Source of the DNA: the human T2T-CHM13v2.0 reference genome, Homo sapiens
Assembly: GCF_009914755.1 (NCBI RefSeq)
Contig: NC_060946.1
Strand: one strand, 5' to 3'
Length of the DNA stretch: 64,000 nt
Below are positions 13,780-28,263 of the stretch, in pieces. The translations under genes were made by a program, and so were the position numbers. The notes beneath the pieces are model-generated. The model saw only the letters and a program-made list of their open reading frames with translations. It had not been told where the DNA came from and did no database searches. The first letter of the stretch is position 1; each line of letters starts with the position of its first letter.

Positions 13780-16030
13780 GCATTGTACTTATTTTGTACA
13801 GTTACCTTTTATTTATAGCGAAAATGGGTTTTTTCATTTACAGAGTAACAAAGATTTTTCTTTAAATAAATGTATTTCAACGAAAATGAACTGACTTAAA
13901 GAAAAAATATTAAGGAAATAATCACAAAGATGGTACACACGGATCATTAAAAGATACGGATGTATAGATACATATGTCACAAATGATTAAGACTTAAAAA
14001 ATGTAACCCTCCCAAGAAGTGGGAGCCTCCCAAAGTGGAGAAGGCAAATACAATTTCCATTTGGGGGGATAAGGAGACCGACTTGCAGAGAGGATTAGTA
14101 GGTTGCCCCAGAACACACAGCAAAGGTGTGGAGCCCCTTGTGGTCTGAAACATTCAGGACCCTATGGCAGGAGGTGAGACTGTCCAATAATTCAGCTTTT
14201 TTCAAGGCATAGACCCAAGACTCAGACAACCTCAAGAAAGGGGAGTTTATTTTGGATATAAAGGCAACAGGAATCCTGACCAAATGGTCAGCAGCCCTCT
14301 CAGCAGTAGGTATTTTTGTATTGGGAACCCAAGGTCCTCTGCTTAGTGGCTCAACGCTTGTCTACCTTTCCAAGGCTCAACGCTTGTGGAGCCTTGTCCA
14401 CAAGCACCTGCTCCCAAGGGCCTCCCTCCCTGAGTTCAAACGCCCAAGACAGAGTTGATCTGATTGGCTAGTTCAGGCCCAGCCTACCTGATTGGACAGA
14501 GCTTGGTGCCAAACCCCCTCATAGGCTGCTGGTCAGAGCCTGTGGGGGCGTGTGGTCAGGTGCCCAATCAGCTGTGAGCAAGGCCTGTAAGTGCAGGTGC
14601 CTGAGGGCTCCCAGGTCAGAGTTAGCTGGGACTGGGGTCACTGTCCTGCTGGGGTGGAATGTTGTTTGAGCCATTGCAACGTGATCTGCCTAGGAAAGAT
14701 ACGTGGAGGGGTCGGGGTAGGGGGTTGAGCCCCTTGCAGGAGGGGGCATGCCAGACCTAATGGGCACGGGACTCTGCCTCTCTGTGTGAATGTCAGGCGC
14801 AGGGAGCCCAGACGAGGTGGTGCCAGGTAATTAATTCGTTCATCCAGGGTATACGACGGGGTGTTGGGCACTGTGTCTGGGGCAGTGAAAAATAATGAGG
14901 CCCTGCCCTGTGGAGCTGCCCTTCTGGAGGCCAGTGTGCCAGTCCCTGAGCTGCAGAGGAGACCCCTCCAGTGGAGGGGGCAGTGGGAGGTCCCAGGCCT
15001 GGCAGCATCAGGGCCCACCACTAGGCGGGGCTGCTGCCTGGGCCTCGGACTCCAGGGTTTACTCCCCATCAGCTTCTCTTGTGGGTCTGTGAAGCCACTG
15101 TGGGAAGATGCAGCAGGCATCCACTTTGTGGGGGGATCTGTGCCCTTACTTGGGCCCCAGCATTAAAGATACAGCAGCCAAGCACTCTGAGGCCTCAGAG
15201 ATCCCAAAGGAATAGTAACAGGGCCTCTTTCTCCAGGCGCCCTGGGTCCCTGACAGCTTCTCCCTCCAGCACTGACGCTAGAAGTTTCTGGCAGATTAAG
15301 GGAGGCAGTGCTTCCCTCCAGGAGAAGCAAAACCGGCACTTGAAGAGTCAGGGAAGTTTGTCACCTAGATGAGGGGGAGCGCACAGCAGCCCCAGGGAAT
15401 AGCATGTGCAACAGAGGGGGTGTGAGGGAGCTCTGAGTGGCTCAGGAGGACGGTAGGGAGGATTGCAGAAGGGGATGTCCCCACACGACACCGGAGGTAC
15501 AAGTACCAGGCTGAGAAGTGGGGCTGAGGGCAGTGGGACCTGTGCAAGGTTTTGAACCGAGGGGGAGCGTGGCCATATTTGGGTTTTGGAAAGCACGCTC
15601 AGGCTGCCCTGTGGAGGGGGAGGGGAGGGAAGGAGGAGGCTGGGGCAGAAAACCCAGGGAAGAGGTCAGGGCAGGGAGCCCTGGAGAGCCGCGAGGACTG
15701 ATATTGGTGAATAGCTGCAGGGCTGGAGAGGAGCGATGCTTCTGAGCCTAAATTCGTGGGATCCTGTGATTAACGAGGGAGTTGGGGAGTTACTGCCCCC
15801 CTGCAACACACACAGTTCCTGGCTCGGGCAGCAGGACCCGGGAGCAGCAGTGGAGGTTTGGAAATGGATGGACCAAGTGTGCAGGACTGGGTGGGGGCCA
15901 TCCGGGTGGAGAAGTCCAGCTGCAACTGGACACTGAGTGTCCTCAGCAGTGGACTGAGGACCCTCAACAGGGTCCTTCTGAGGCTCGGCGCAGAGCAGGC
16001 AGCTGCCTGCCTCCCACCCTGGCCATCTGT
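13780..16030 (-). other. IL2RB: IL2RB 3' UTR (~2.25 kb) with an AU-rich distal end
   Basis: Lies between the stop codon and AATAAA. Overlapping ATTTA pentamers (ATTTATTTA) at ~13863-13871. Confidence 0.85.
13808..13813 (-). terminator. IL2RB: Polyadenylation signal AATAAA
   Basis: Plus-strand tttatt in an AT-rich block at the expected end of a ~4-kb mRNA. Confidence 0.85.
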
Positions 16031-16783
16031 CTACACCAAGTGAGTTGGGTCCTGACCCTGGAGTTCTTGGAGGGACAAGTAGGCATCAGTGTTCAGGGGC
16101 AGGCGAGCATTAAGGGCCCTGAACTCCCCCTGCCCAGGAGGCCTGGACCAGGGGAAACTGACTCCCTCCCTGGGGCCAGCGTCAGGGACCTCCTCCCCAG
16201 CCTCTCGCAGCACCAGCTCAGGGGGTGGCTGAAAATCCACCAGGTCTGGGACTCCTGGGGTGGGAGGCCCCAGGGGCTGGGGGTCCCAGTCTCTGGGGAC
16301 TCTTTCTTGCAAAGAAGGGGGCATCCTCTCTTCACCGGCCCCACTGCCCCCAGGGGCAGTGCTTGGGGGGCTGGGGCCACCGAGGAGACTGGGGGAGAAG
16401 AGCAGCAGGTCATCCCTGGAGGGGAAGGTGCAGTAGGCGTCGTCCTCCCCTGACAGAGGCTGCAGGGGTTGGGGGGAAGACCCTGTGGGTGCCCCGGCCA
16501 CACCCTCATCAGGGTCTTCCTCTGAGTAGGGGTCGTAAGTAAAGTACACCTGGCAGGCCTCTATCTCCAAGGCATCCGGGAGGTGGAAGAAGAAGTAACC
16601 CTGGTTGGTGAAGCAGCTGGTCAGCGAGTGGTTGCTGCTTAAGGATGCGGGCTCAGGCACCTTGTCCTGCTGCAGGAGCAGCTGCGTCACCTTGTCCCTC
16701 TCCAGCACTTCTAGTGGCGAGATCTCAGGTGCCAGGCCGCCAGGGCTGAAGGACGATGAGGGGAAGGGCGAAGAGAGCCACTT
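16031..16783 (-). CDS. IL2RB: IL2RB exon 10 coding part: cytoplasmic tail (Box2, NQGY Shc site, YCTF and YLSL STAT5 sites), stop TAG
   Basis: Extends ORF 16031..16708 back to the acceptor CAG at 16786-16784 (KWLSSPFPSS...QDPTHLV*); 753 nt. Confidence 0.98.
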   Translation of the reverse strand, partial: KWLSSPFPSSSFSPGGLAPEISPLEVLERDKVTQLLLQQDKVPEPASLSSNHSLTSCFTNQGYFFFHLPDALEIEACQVYFTYDPYSEEDPDEGVAGAPTGSSPQPLQPLSGEDDAYCTFPSRDDLLLFSPSLLGGPSPPSTAPGGSGAGEERMPPSLQERVPRDWDPQPLGPPTPGVPDLVDFQPPPELVLREAGEEVPDAGPREGVSFPWSRPPGQGEFRALNARLPLNTDAYLSLQELQGQDPTHLV

Positions 16784-18779
16784 CTGGTGGGAGAAAGGCC
16801 AGGGGTGGGTGAGTGGGGGCTTCCTTCACCCTCCACCCCTTCCTCTGGACTCTCAACAGCTCCTAACTCCTCCTCCTCCTGAAGCAGTTGGCCCAGGGCT
16901 GCCCCATCCAGGAAGCTCTCCCTGATTATAGCCCCGCACTCCCCCAACCCACCCACTGGCTTGGGGGCCCTCTGGGCCACCAGCCCAGGGACACTGCCTG
17001 ACCCACAGCCCAGCACAGGCCTGCCTGGCTGCCAGTAGTGCCCAGGAATGTCTGATTGCTCAAGAGTGACTGTTTATTGGACACCTGCTATGAGCCTGGC
17101 ACTGTTCTAGATGCTGGGGACCCAGGAAAGGAGAGAATCCTCAGACTGTCTAGTGGGCACTAGCACAAGTGTGGGAATCGATCCACCCATGCCAAAGCAG
17201 AAGGGCACTGAGAGCACAGCCTGTTCACCCTACAGATGCCCAGAGACGGGACATGCCCTGGCCCCGATCACAGACCAGCAGGCGGCAGAGCTGGGACCCA
17301 GGGTCTCCGCTTACACTGTGGTGGGAACGTCTCTTGGGGGAGCTGATGGTTTCCTGATTCACCTTTCCCCCAGTTCCCTGCAGTCCCCACCCCCACCCCC
17401 TCCGCCTCCCATCCCCAGAGAGAGGAAAGTGCCCATCAGAGCACTTCTCAGTTGCTCGGGATTCCAGAGAGCCCTGGCAAGGAGTGGGAAGACCCGGGTT
17501 CTAGCCCTGGCCCTGGCACTCACTAACTGTGTGACCCTGGGAGGGCCCCTGCACCTCTCTGGGCCTCAGTTTCCACAACAGCCACGTCTCTCCTGACTTC
17601 CTTGCTGTCACCCATCAGGTCACCAGGGAGACATCAGGTAAGCAAATGGAGATGTAAACACCCAAAACGGGTAAGACACAGACTGCACAGCAGAGTGGGG
17701 GACAGCAGGCCCTCCTGGTGGTGTGGCAGGGGCCTCGGGTGGGTGAGTTTGGGAGCCCTGACAACCCTCTGTCCCGGGAACCCTCAGCAGCTGGACTATG
17801 GCCCCCTAAGCACAGGGGCCAGGCCCAGTGGGCTCCCCAGGCCTCTGTGCCCAGCATGGCGGGTCTCATGGATCTATTTCAGATGAATTAATGAACCAGC
17901 AACAAATGCCCAGTTCTCCTCTCCAGGGAGAGTCCCTGAGGCTGAGCCAGCTGCTCCGCAGACACACACACACACGCTTACATGCATGCACACATGCACA
18001 CACGTGCACACACCACTCAATTAAATCCGCCCCCTTTCTGCAACCAGGAGTTATGTCACAAAAGAAAAGGCTGAGAGAGGCAGAAAGGATAAACTGAGGA
18101 TGGCAAAGAGGGTCGCTGGCTGGGCAGAGAGGAAGAAGCACTGGTCGGGTGAGATTCATGATACCCAGGGCAAGGGCGGGGCCAGACAGCAGCCCTGTGT
18201 GTGCAGCCAGAGAGGGAGCGGCCAGGCCTGTGGCCAGTGCCGGTGAGCCAGGGGCCCACTGCCTGTGGCCAGCTACTTCCTGGGCCTGAGCCTCTGCCCA
18301 CAATGCCCTGAAAGGGGCTTCAGGAGACACTCACGCCCCTCACACATACTCCCACACTCGCACACACGTTCCACGATCCCCTGGGAAGTGGGGGTGGGCC
18401 TTGTGGCCCCTGTGGGTCCTAGGGTGGAGGGGTAGGTCTCTCACCCAGATGCAGAAAAGGTGGGGCCTGCTTTGCCATCCCCAACCCCCAGCCACATCAT
18501 GCCTTCTTCCTCAGGACCCCGCTCCACACACTAGACCCAAGGATACCATACCCTCATGGGAAGCTGGAATGGTTTGCAGCTCCCACCTCACGATGTTGTA
18601 GGTTCATAGAATCAGGACTTGAAGCTGGAAGGTATCTGAGCATGCAGCTAATCTACCGCAGCCTCCAACCAGTTCAATGGGAGAATCTCTATGCTTCTGA
18701 CACATAGGCAACCATGGCTTGCTTGAATACCTTTATAGATGGGAATCTTGCTACCCTCAAGGCTGAGGGAAGAATTTTA

Positions 18780-19148
<369 letters not shown>

Positions 19149-19665
19149 TCATCTTGGGAGTTTTCCAAGGAGTTCCAGAAGGGGCCCTTGATCAGCCCTG
19201 ATAGAGAACTCCAAAGCCAGGTCATGACAGCTCTGGTCCGGCATGGCTTTCCTCCTCCGCCACTCTTCTTGACCTCCCTCTGCCCCTACCTCATCCCCAC
19301 CCCCCAATCTTGGGAGCCTAGAGTGGGGCTAGGGTGGTAAAAAGTACCCCCCATGTCCCCCCTTCATTCTTGAAGCTTCCTGCCTGAAGGGGGCATGGGC
19401 TGGGGAAGAGGAGACGACGGAATCTGAGATGGAGTTTAGAGCGTTACTGATCTGCGGGCCGGCACTTTAAAAATGAATCGGTGTTTTGTGACTCAAAGTG
19501 ACGGGAAGACTTGTTAGTATCCACGCTAAGTTATGGAGCCTGCTCAGGAATTTTGAGCAGGGACAGGAGAAGCACAGAGCATGTCTGCACAGACAGTGGG
19601 GTGGAGAGAGCTTGTGCTGGCAGGTCCTGTTCGTTCAGCACACCGGCAACGGTAATACCAGATAG

Positions 19666-19964
<299 letters not shown>

Positions 19965-20314
19965 TGATAGGGTTCTTTTGAACACTAATTGCGTGCCAGG
20001 CAATGTACTCAGGGCAGGACACATAGTAACACTGTTTTTCTCCTCATCTAACAGGTGGGGAAACTGAGGCCCAGGGAGGCTCTATAGGCCCAAGGTCACA
20101 CAGCCAGAATGTGGTGGAGCTGGGATTAGAACCCAGGCAGTCTGGCTCAGATGGAAAGTGCCAGAGCTGGAGAAGAGACCCATGCACACCCCGGAGGCTG
20201 CTCACTTCGGCGTTTTGTCTCCTCTCACAAAACACAAAATTAGCTACTAACCGGCCACCCCCTCATCCCACTCACACCCCTGCCCACCTCTGTCTCCCCG
20301 CCCCGGCCTCCTAC

Positions 20315-20399
20315 CTGGACGTCTCCTCCATGCTCTGAGCTCAGCTGGGAAAAGAACTTCGAGGGGTCTGGGGTGTTACACTTCAGGACCTTCTTCAGC
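20315..20399 (-). CDS. IL2RB: IL2RB exon 9 (LKKVLKCNTPDPSKFFSQLSSEHGGDVQ; Box1 JAK1-binding region)
   Basis: Translation within ORF 20240..20503; CAG/GTAGGA boundaries; 85 nt. Confidence 0.97.
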
Positions 20400-21993
20400 C
20401 TGGACAGAGGAGAGGAGGGAAGGAGGAGGGTGAGAAAGGGAAGGACCGCGGTGTTATGCCATCGGCGCCACAGCTCTGGATGCCAGGCACGGAGCCACAC
20501 CACATTTACTTATGTATTTCTTCCGCCGATACTAAGTGTTCACTGTGGGAGGACGCTGTGTTGGGCACTGGGGAGACAAGAATGGCCAACAAAGGAGGTC
20601 CCTGCTCTCAAGGAGCTGACATTCTCATGGGGAGATGGACACAAAGCATGTTGCAACATCACCATTCATTCTGTGGAGACAGAGAGCACAGTGCTACACA
20701 AGACGGGGAGGTGGGGGTCGATGGGGGTGAACACACAAGCCAGAGTGGTCAGGGACGGAGATGGCTAGAAGAAGTGGAATGAACCAGGAGGCGGGAGAGA
20801 GGAGATGGGCTTTCTTGTCAGGGCTGCCATGGATGGTGGTTCAGGTTGTACACTGCCCAAGGGCATTAGGCTTGGGCAGGGAGTGGGAAAGGTGGTGGTG
20901 AGTGAGGCTGAATTCCAGCCCATGTTCTGCTTGCTAAGCTGAGTGCCTGGAAGCTGTGTACATCACCGTGAAGAAAGAGGCACCATTTTTGATTTGCCCA
21001 AAGGTTCCACACAGCTGGTGGAGGCCCTCAAGGGCCAGGGTGTACTGCAGCGCAGTGAGCGGCCTCTGAAGAGTGTTAAACAGGAGAATGACATGGTGGA
21101 GAAAGCACTGAAGGGGCGCAAGAACGACAAGGAGGAGGGCAGTCTGGAGGCCACTGAACCCATGCCTGGGAGAGGACCTCTCCCTCTACAGGGACATGGT
21201 TTCCCTGAAGGCCTGCAGGGAGCTGTGGGCGGAGGGGACGGGTGGGTGGAGGAATGCTTGTCTTCTTGGGAGGAAAGAGGAAACGGGGCTCCGAACACTG
21301 CCGAGAACCACTGCTCCAGGACGAGGGTCAGGAGAGCGGCAGTCACTCCTAACTGGCTATGTGACCTTGGGCAAGTCAGCTGACTTCTCTGGCCAGTCCT
21401 GGCATCAGTTAAAAGGCAATGGTAGCCCCTGACTCACTGCCTTCCCAGTGCTGGGGAAAGTCGAGTGAGGTGACACAGCTAGGCACGCTTTGCAAACCTC
21501 TTGGGAGAAGCAGGGCTCTCATCAGGGGGCCACAACCCCCGGTCAGAAGTGTCACCTCCTCACCGCTTTGCCCTCCACCAGGCCACGCTCCACACAGCAG
21601 CCAGGGCTACAGAGGGCGAAGTGGATCCTGTCCCACTTCTGGGGAAACCCTCCATGACTGCTCGGCACACGGCCCAGGTCCTCACCACAGCCTGAGGCCC
21701 CAGGAAGCATCACTGCCGCCACAGGCCCAGGCTCAAGTTCAGCCTCCTGCCCCACCCACTTCTGTCTCCAGCCACACCAGCGCCCCTGCACTCTGTTCCT
21801 GGAAGTTTCTTCCCTCCTGCCTGCCCAGGGCCTTTGCACATGCTGTTTCCTCTGCCTGGGACACTCTCCCCATCCCCTCCACACCCCCCATGGGCTCCCA
21901 CTACAGATTTCAACAGAATCATCCCTTCCTCAGGGAAACCAGCCCTGGCCACGCCCCAGCCAAGTTTCCCCTCCCTGTTTTCTGCTCCTGATA

Positions 21994-22660
<667 letters not shown>

Positions 22661-23147
22661 GTCGACATCCTCCTCTGCCATCCTGATCCCGGTGTGTCAT
22701 TACACACCTGCATGATTGTCTGCCTTCCCCCACTGGGCCGTGAGCTGCCTGGAGCTGGGGCGCATGCATGCGGCCTGCCACTGTGTTCCCAGCTCTTTGA
22801 GCTGTACCTGGCATGCAGCTCGTACTCAGTGAATATGGGAATAAGCGAATGACAGACCTAGATGGACCGGCGGGGACCCAGACACAGAGACAGCTGACAT
22901 GTGCACACGGGCATCCCCAGTCCTGAGAGCAGTGTTCTGGACAGGGCCCCGGGGCTCTCCCTGGAGGGCTGCACCTCCCACCTTCCCCTCGGGTTGGTTC
23001 CACAGGGCCCCCCTGTGGGGATGCGACACAGGGAAAGGCCAGGTTTTGGACAGGGAGGACTCTTTGGAGGGTAGACGAAGCACGGGTGTATCAGAGCAGG
23101 GGGTTCGGTCCAGAATCTGACCTGGCAAGGTGGCATGTGTTCATGTA

Positions 23148-23210
23148 AGTGTGTGTGTGTGTGTATGTGTGCTTGTGTGCGTGTGTGTGCATGTGTGTGC
23201 ATGTGTGTGC
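23148..23210. repeat. Imperfect (TG)n near the exon 8 donor
   Basis: Read directly. Confidence 0.85.
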
Positions 23211-23258
23211 ACGTTGGAGGGGTGGGAGCATGAAGGAAGGGGAGGAGAACCTTCTTAC

Positions 23259-23373
23259 CATGGCCCGGTGTTCCTGCAGTTGATCAGCAAGTACACTAAG
23301 ATGATGAAGCCAAAAGCCCCGCTGAGGCCCACGAGGAGGTGGCCGAGCCACGGAATGGTGTCCTTCCCAAGGG
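23259..23373 (-). CDS. IL2RB: IL2RB exon 8 (ALGKDTIPWLGHLLVGLSGAFGFIILVYLLINCRNTGPW; transmembrane helix)
   Basis: Manual translation gives a hydrophobic TM segment; CAG/GTAAGA boundaries; 115 nt. Confidence 0.96.
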
Positions 23374-24158
23374 CTGCCCAGGGGTGGGAGAAACAGCAAG
23401 GAGAGGGGTTAGAGAAGTGCCCTCACTCACCCTGGGTCGGTCACCCCAACACCCCCATCCAGGGCCCTGCCACGCAGGCCTGCGTCTGGGGGGCTGGGGA
23501 CAGGGTTCTGCTAAGCCCATCCTCTGGGAAGCCAGATTTCATGCTAAAAAGAAATGACACGGTGGCATTCTAAGAGCTCCTCCAGCTCCAGACAGATCCC
23601 ATGGGCCCCCCTGGTGAGCCTACAGCCCCCCACCACCCCCACAGCAGCCTGGGCTCCAGCTGGCTGCACCCCTCTCTCCACCTCCCTCCAAGCACCACTT
23701 AGAGGACCCCAGGTCTTGCTTGGGCTTGAACTCGAAATGTGGTGCGATGAGGGACAGGCGCCCAGCAGACCTGCTGAGGGCCAGGCTGCCGGGACATCAC
23801 ACGCCTTCCTCACAGCAGCTCTGCCTCACGGTCACTGTACCCATTTCACAGATCAGGCCGAGAGGTGAAAGCAGCCACCCCCAGCCCCAGAAGAAACCAG
23901 GAGTTGGAGATTTCAGGGTGGAGAAGAGTGAAAACAGCCTTTCGACCCCTCCCCAACTCACAAGGCCCATGGCAAGCCCCGTCCCCTCACTGAACCCCTG
24001 TTCCTGTCTGAAAAGCGAGCCCCCTGCAGGGTTACAGCAAGTGAGGGATGGAGCTGACTGCTATACCCTCACCCCAGGCAGGGAGAGAATGGAGCAGCTC
24101 CTCCTCCAGCCGCCCCCTCCTGCCTGAGCCCCCTCTCACCCTTGCCGCCCACCAGTAC

Positions 24159-24324
24159 CTGCAGGCTTTGTCCTGAAGGCCAGGGGCTGGCTCCAGGGGC
24201 TCCAGGTCGTGAACTCGCCTTGCAGAGGCTTGACCCGCACCTGAAACTCATACTGGGTGTCTGGGGTGAGCGTCTCCAGGCAGATCCATTCCTGCTTCTG
24301 CTTGAGAGTCAGCAGGGGGGCCTC
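24159..24324 (-). CDS. IL2RB: IL2RB exon 7 (EAPLLTLKQKQEWICLE...WSPWSQPLAFRTKPA; WSXWS motif)
   Basis: WSPWS class-I cytokine receptor motif; CAG/GTACTG boundaries; 166 nt. Confidence 0.98.
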
Positions 24325-25517
24325 CTGGGTCGGAGACAGGACTGTCAGCGCCCACCTCACCTCCCATGGCAGGGCCAGGAGGCTGAGCATCACAGAACCC
24401 CCCCCCAACCCCTGCCAGCTGCACCCCCACTTCCTTGCCACCCAAAGCTCCCTCACTACCCAGTTGCTGGGGCCTCAAACCCCAGGGTCATCCCCTAAAG
24501 CCCAAGTCATCAGCTAATCAGCTGGTTCCACCTCCAGAACCTGGTTCCACCTCCATAGCCATTCCAGAACCATCCCCCTCTCTCCCCGCCGCACTCACCC
24601 CAGGCCTGAGCTGCCGCCCTCTCCCAAGCCTGCAGCTGGTCTCTGGTTCCCACCCGTGCCCCGCTGCAGTCTAGTCTCCACAGGACCAGAAAGTGGGACG
24701 TCTCCGCACACCTCTCCCACCCTGGGTCACTCTTTTTGCCTCCTCCTGCTCCCCAGACACATAGCAGCATCCTGCCTTTGCCGTGGCAGGTCTTTCTAAT
24801 TTTGCAAAACTTCTCCCCAGATCTTTGCAGGTCAGCTCCTTCTGGACACCCAGGTGTCCAAGGGGCCTTCCCTGGTCACCTGAGTCTGAAGTAGCCTGTG
24901 CCAGTCACTGTCAAATTCCTTGCCCCGTTGGGTTTTCTTGATGGAACTTATCACTATCCGGGTGCCTCACTATCCCAGACCCTGTCGCTACATCTGCTGA
25001 CTGACTGCCTGCCTGCCCTGCCCCAGTCTGAGATTCCTGAGAGTGGAAGTTTGCTGAGCTCACCCTCCGCTCTCTCCCCATCATTCAGCGCATAGTAGGT
25101 GCTCAGCAAATATTTATTGAGTGAGCAGTTGAGTGAATGAAGAAATGAGTGTAAGTGAATGAATAAGCAACAGGCCCGCACGGATGTGGAGCAGATGGGC
25201 TTTGACACGTGGAGGGTTGGCTTCCCTGGCCTCTGAAAGCCCATGGGGCTGGGCAGCTGCCTATCTCCTGGCTTTCTGAATCTTTCCCTGGTGTCAGCCT
25301 GGAACCTGCTGCCAGCTGGATCCCCAGGATTAAGGGGGCTAGATAAGGACGTGGAAGTCGGGGAGGCAGCCCCAGGCAGTGCAGAAAGAGCACTGGACTC
25401 AGCCACCCACCATCCACCTGGGGCTGAGGGGACCTCGACACAATGAAAAAGGGACAGGACATGGACCAGGACAGGAAGGAGGAACCAAGGCAGGTACGGA
25501 CTGGGCCACATTCTCAC

Positions 25518-25666
25518 CTCCCAGGTGTGGCCTGGGGACAGCGTCCGGGCCTCGAACTCCAGGTGTCTTTCAAAGTAGTGGGAGGCTTGGGAGATTTCCC
25601 AGCTTATGTTGCATCTGTGGGTCTCCACGTGGACAACTTGGAGGGAGATGGGGGCCATCAGGCGAA
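25518..25666 (-). CDS. IL2RB: IL2RB exon 6 (LRLMAPISLQVVHVETHRCNISWEISQASHYFERHLEFEARTLSPGHTWE)
   Basis: Translation within ORF 24954..25781; CAG/GTGAGA boundaries; 149 nt. Confidence 0.97.
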
Positions 25667-27047
25667 CTGGAGACAACAGGGGGTAGGGGAGAGCAGTCAG
25701 CCATGACCTCCACCTCCCACTTTGTACCTGCCACTCCTCCCTCCTGGCACATGCTACCACCTCCCCTACCCCCCGACCCAAAGCCCCAGGACCCGCTCCC
25801 TCACTGCCTCCAGGCCTCTCTCAATGATCACCTCTTGAGAGAAGCCTTCCCTGACCACTCACCACTCTGCATCCCCCTTGCCTGTTTCACTTTTATTCCC
25901 AGTGCTTATCATCACCTGACCTACGAAATATATGGTTTGGTTTCTTTACTCATTTTCTGTCTCCCCCAGCAGACTGTGAGCTCCTTGAGGGCAGGGACTT
26001 GGTTGTCTGCTGTGTCCTTGGCACCTGGAAGATTACCTGGCACTTGATTCAGTAGCTGCTGGATGAATGACTCACGGCAGCTTTTCTCTGCACTTACAAT
26101 TGACCTGAGAGCTTTCCATGGATCATCTCATTTATTTTAAGTGTGATGATTATAACACTGTGATTCTGAAGTTAAATGAATCTCAGTTTCTATACTTCTA
26201 AGACTCTATAGAACCACATAAGTGATAAGCAGATGCTGAGTGCTGACTACATGGTAAGCAGTTTCTATGTCTCAGTTCAAAGATGCCTTACAAGCCTGGT
26301 AGGTAGGTGACTCCGATTCTCCCCAAAACTCAGGCTCAGAAAGTTTCGATGGTCTGCCAGTCAGATCACATCCAGTTCAGGCCTGACTCTCACTTTCCAC
26401 CCCACTGCTTCCCTGGAGATGGCCCCCAAGGTCAGCAGGCAGTCGCTCAGGCATTCAACAAACCTTCCCAGACCACTGTCCTGATGAGACCTAGTGCTGG
26501 GTGCGTGGCAAGGAGACACAGGGGTGGCAGAGACTCTGCCTTCAGGGTGCTCACAGCCCAGTGAAAGAGACAGACCTACAATCAGGCAGTAACAACCCAG
26601 GACATACATTCCCAGAAAGAGGAGGTACAAAGGGCTAGGGGAGTCTAGGAAGGCCTCCTGGAGGAAGTGACTTTCAACTAAGCCTCGAAACGTGAGTGGG
26701 AATTTTCCAGGTGTAAAGGGCCTTCCAGGCAGTGGGATCGGCATGTGCAAGGGCTCAGAGGCAGGGATAGGCAAGGTGGGTTTGGAGAGTTGGCCTTTGG
26801 CTGTAGCAGAAATATAGGCCTCAAGAGGAGGAGTGCCGGGGAGGAGGCCCAGGGCTGGATCCTGAGCGGCCTTGAATGCCAGAGGAAGGAGCCAGGACGT
26901 CATCCCGAGAACAGCGGGCGGTGAGGTGATCAGATGTGGGTGTGGAAGCTGCCGGGGAGAAAGGCTGGAGCAGGGAAGATCCCAGAGGAGGTGGAAGGAA
27001 GGAGGTGCCCAGCCCTGCCCCAGCCCCACCCTGGCTTCCTCACTCAC

Positions 27048-27153
27048 GGTTCTCAAAGGGCTTGAAGTCCTGGATGGCCATCACCCTCCATCGCACCCCC
27101 TCACGGCACAGCACCCTCAGGGTGACGATGTCAACTGTGGTCAGTTTCTGAGA
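27048..27153 (-). CDS. IL2RB: IL2RB exon 5 (SQKLTTVDIVTLRVLCREGVRWRVMAIQDFKPFEN)
   Basis: Translation within ORF 27040..27348; CAG/GTGAGT boundaries; 106 nt. Confidence 0.97.
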
Positions 27154-27270
27154 CTGCAAGGGAAGGAGGGCAGGGGTGAAACTTCTAGCAGCTTCAGGCA
27201 GGGGAAGGGGGAGGCCACCGGGATGACCTGGGAAGGATGGCAGCCTCTCCACATGCCCCGCCACCCAAGG

Positions 27271-27495
27271 CAGGGGCAGCAAATGTTTTCTGTAAAAGGC
27301 CACATAGTAACTATTTTTGGCTTTATGGGGCCACATGGTCTCTGTCACGATGACTCAACTCCGCCACTGTAGTATGAAGCAGACATAGGCAACATGTAAA
27401 TGAATATTAGGGCCATGTTCCAGTAAAACTTTATTTAGAAACACAGGCAGTGGGCTGGATATGGCCTATGGGTCAAGGTAGTTTACCAACACTTG
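27271..27495. mobile_element. MER58A-like hAT-Charlie element
   Basis: caggggcagcaaa..ttttctgtaaaaggccacatagtaa...gttccagtaaaactttatt...gtagtttaccaac. Confidence 0.75.
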
Positions 27496-28214
27496 ATCTA
27501 AAATGAAGTGAGCTACCTTGAGAGGGAGTGAGCTCCCTGTTACAGGAGGCATGCAAGCTGGTAAGCCCCCACAAAGGTACAGTTCTGGAACTATACCTGT
27601 TTAACATTTTTTAGTGTGAAAGGCCCTCCCCTCCCCTATCTCTCCCCATCCCTACGCCTTGAATTTTCTGGAAGAAAATGGCCAGGTATTGAGCATTTTC
27701 CTATGAGCAGTCACTGCTCAGATGCCTTAGCCCCTCAATGCACACAGCATCCATCCCATGGTATGGGTGGGAAGCCTGAGGCTTGGGCTGGTCAAGGGAC
27801 CTGCGCCAGGTCATGCAGATGAACAGCAGGGGAGCCCAAGTTTAAACCCAGGCCCTCTGTGTCCCCCTACAGGGTGACTGCATCTCCGAGTCCTGGCTTG
27901 TCATGCCTGACAGAGGGCTGCCGAGTGAGCAGCTTAAGGCATCCTGCCACTGTGCAGCTGCCAACCCTACAGCCCGGCAGCCCTGCGGGAGGAAGCTCTA
28001 GTGCAGGCCTCTTAGGATCTGGGGTCCAGGATGCTGATTTCAGGGCCGGGACCTTGGGCACCGTCCCTCTGGTCTGCATAAGACCCACTATGGGCAAACC
28101 TTAAACCTGATCGTTGGAATTCCCCAAACTGGCCAGTTCCTCTCCACCCTATAGACCCTGTCCTAGCCTTCTTATAGCTGCTATGGGGGCTAGATTTTCC
28201 CCGATGATAGTAGT

Positions 28215-28217
<3 letters not shown>

Positions 28218-28258
<41 letters not shown>

Positions 28259-28263
28259 TATTG
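28218..28263. repeat. (TTA)n microsatellite
   Basis: Read directly. Confidence 0.93.

Noticed and set aside
15782-16542. Antisense and alternative-frame ORFs over exon 10
   Set aside because: Shadow ORFs of a GC-rich coding exon, with no independent support.
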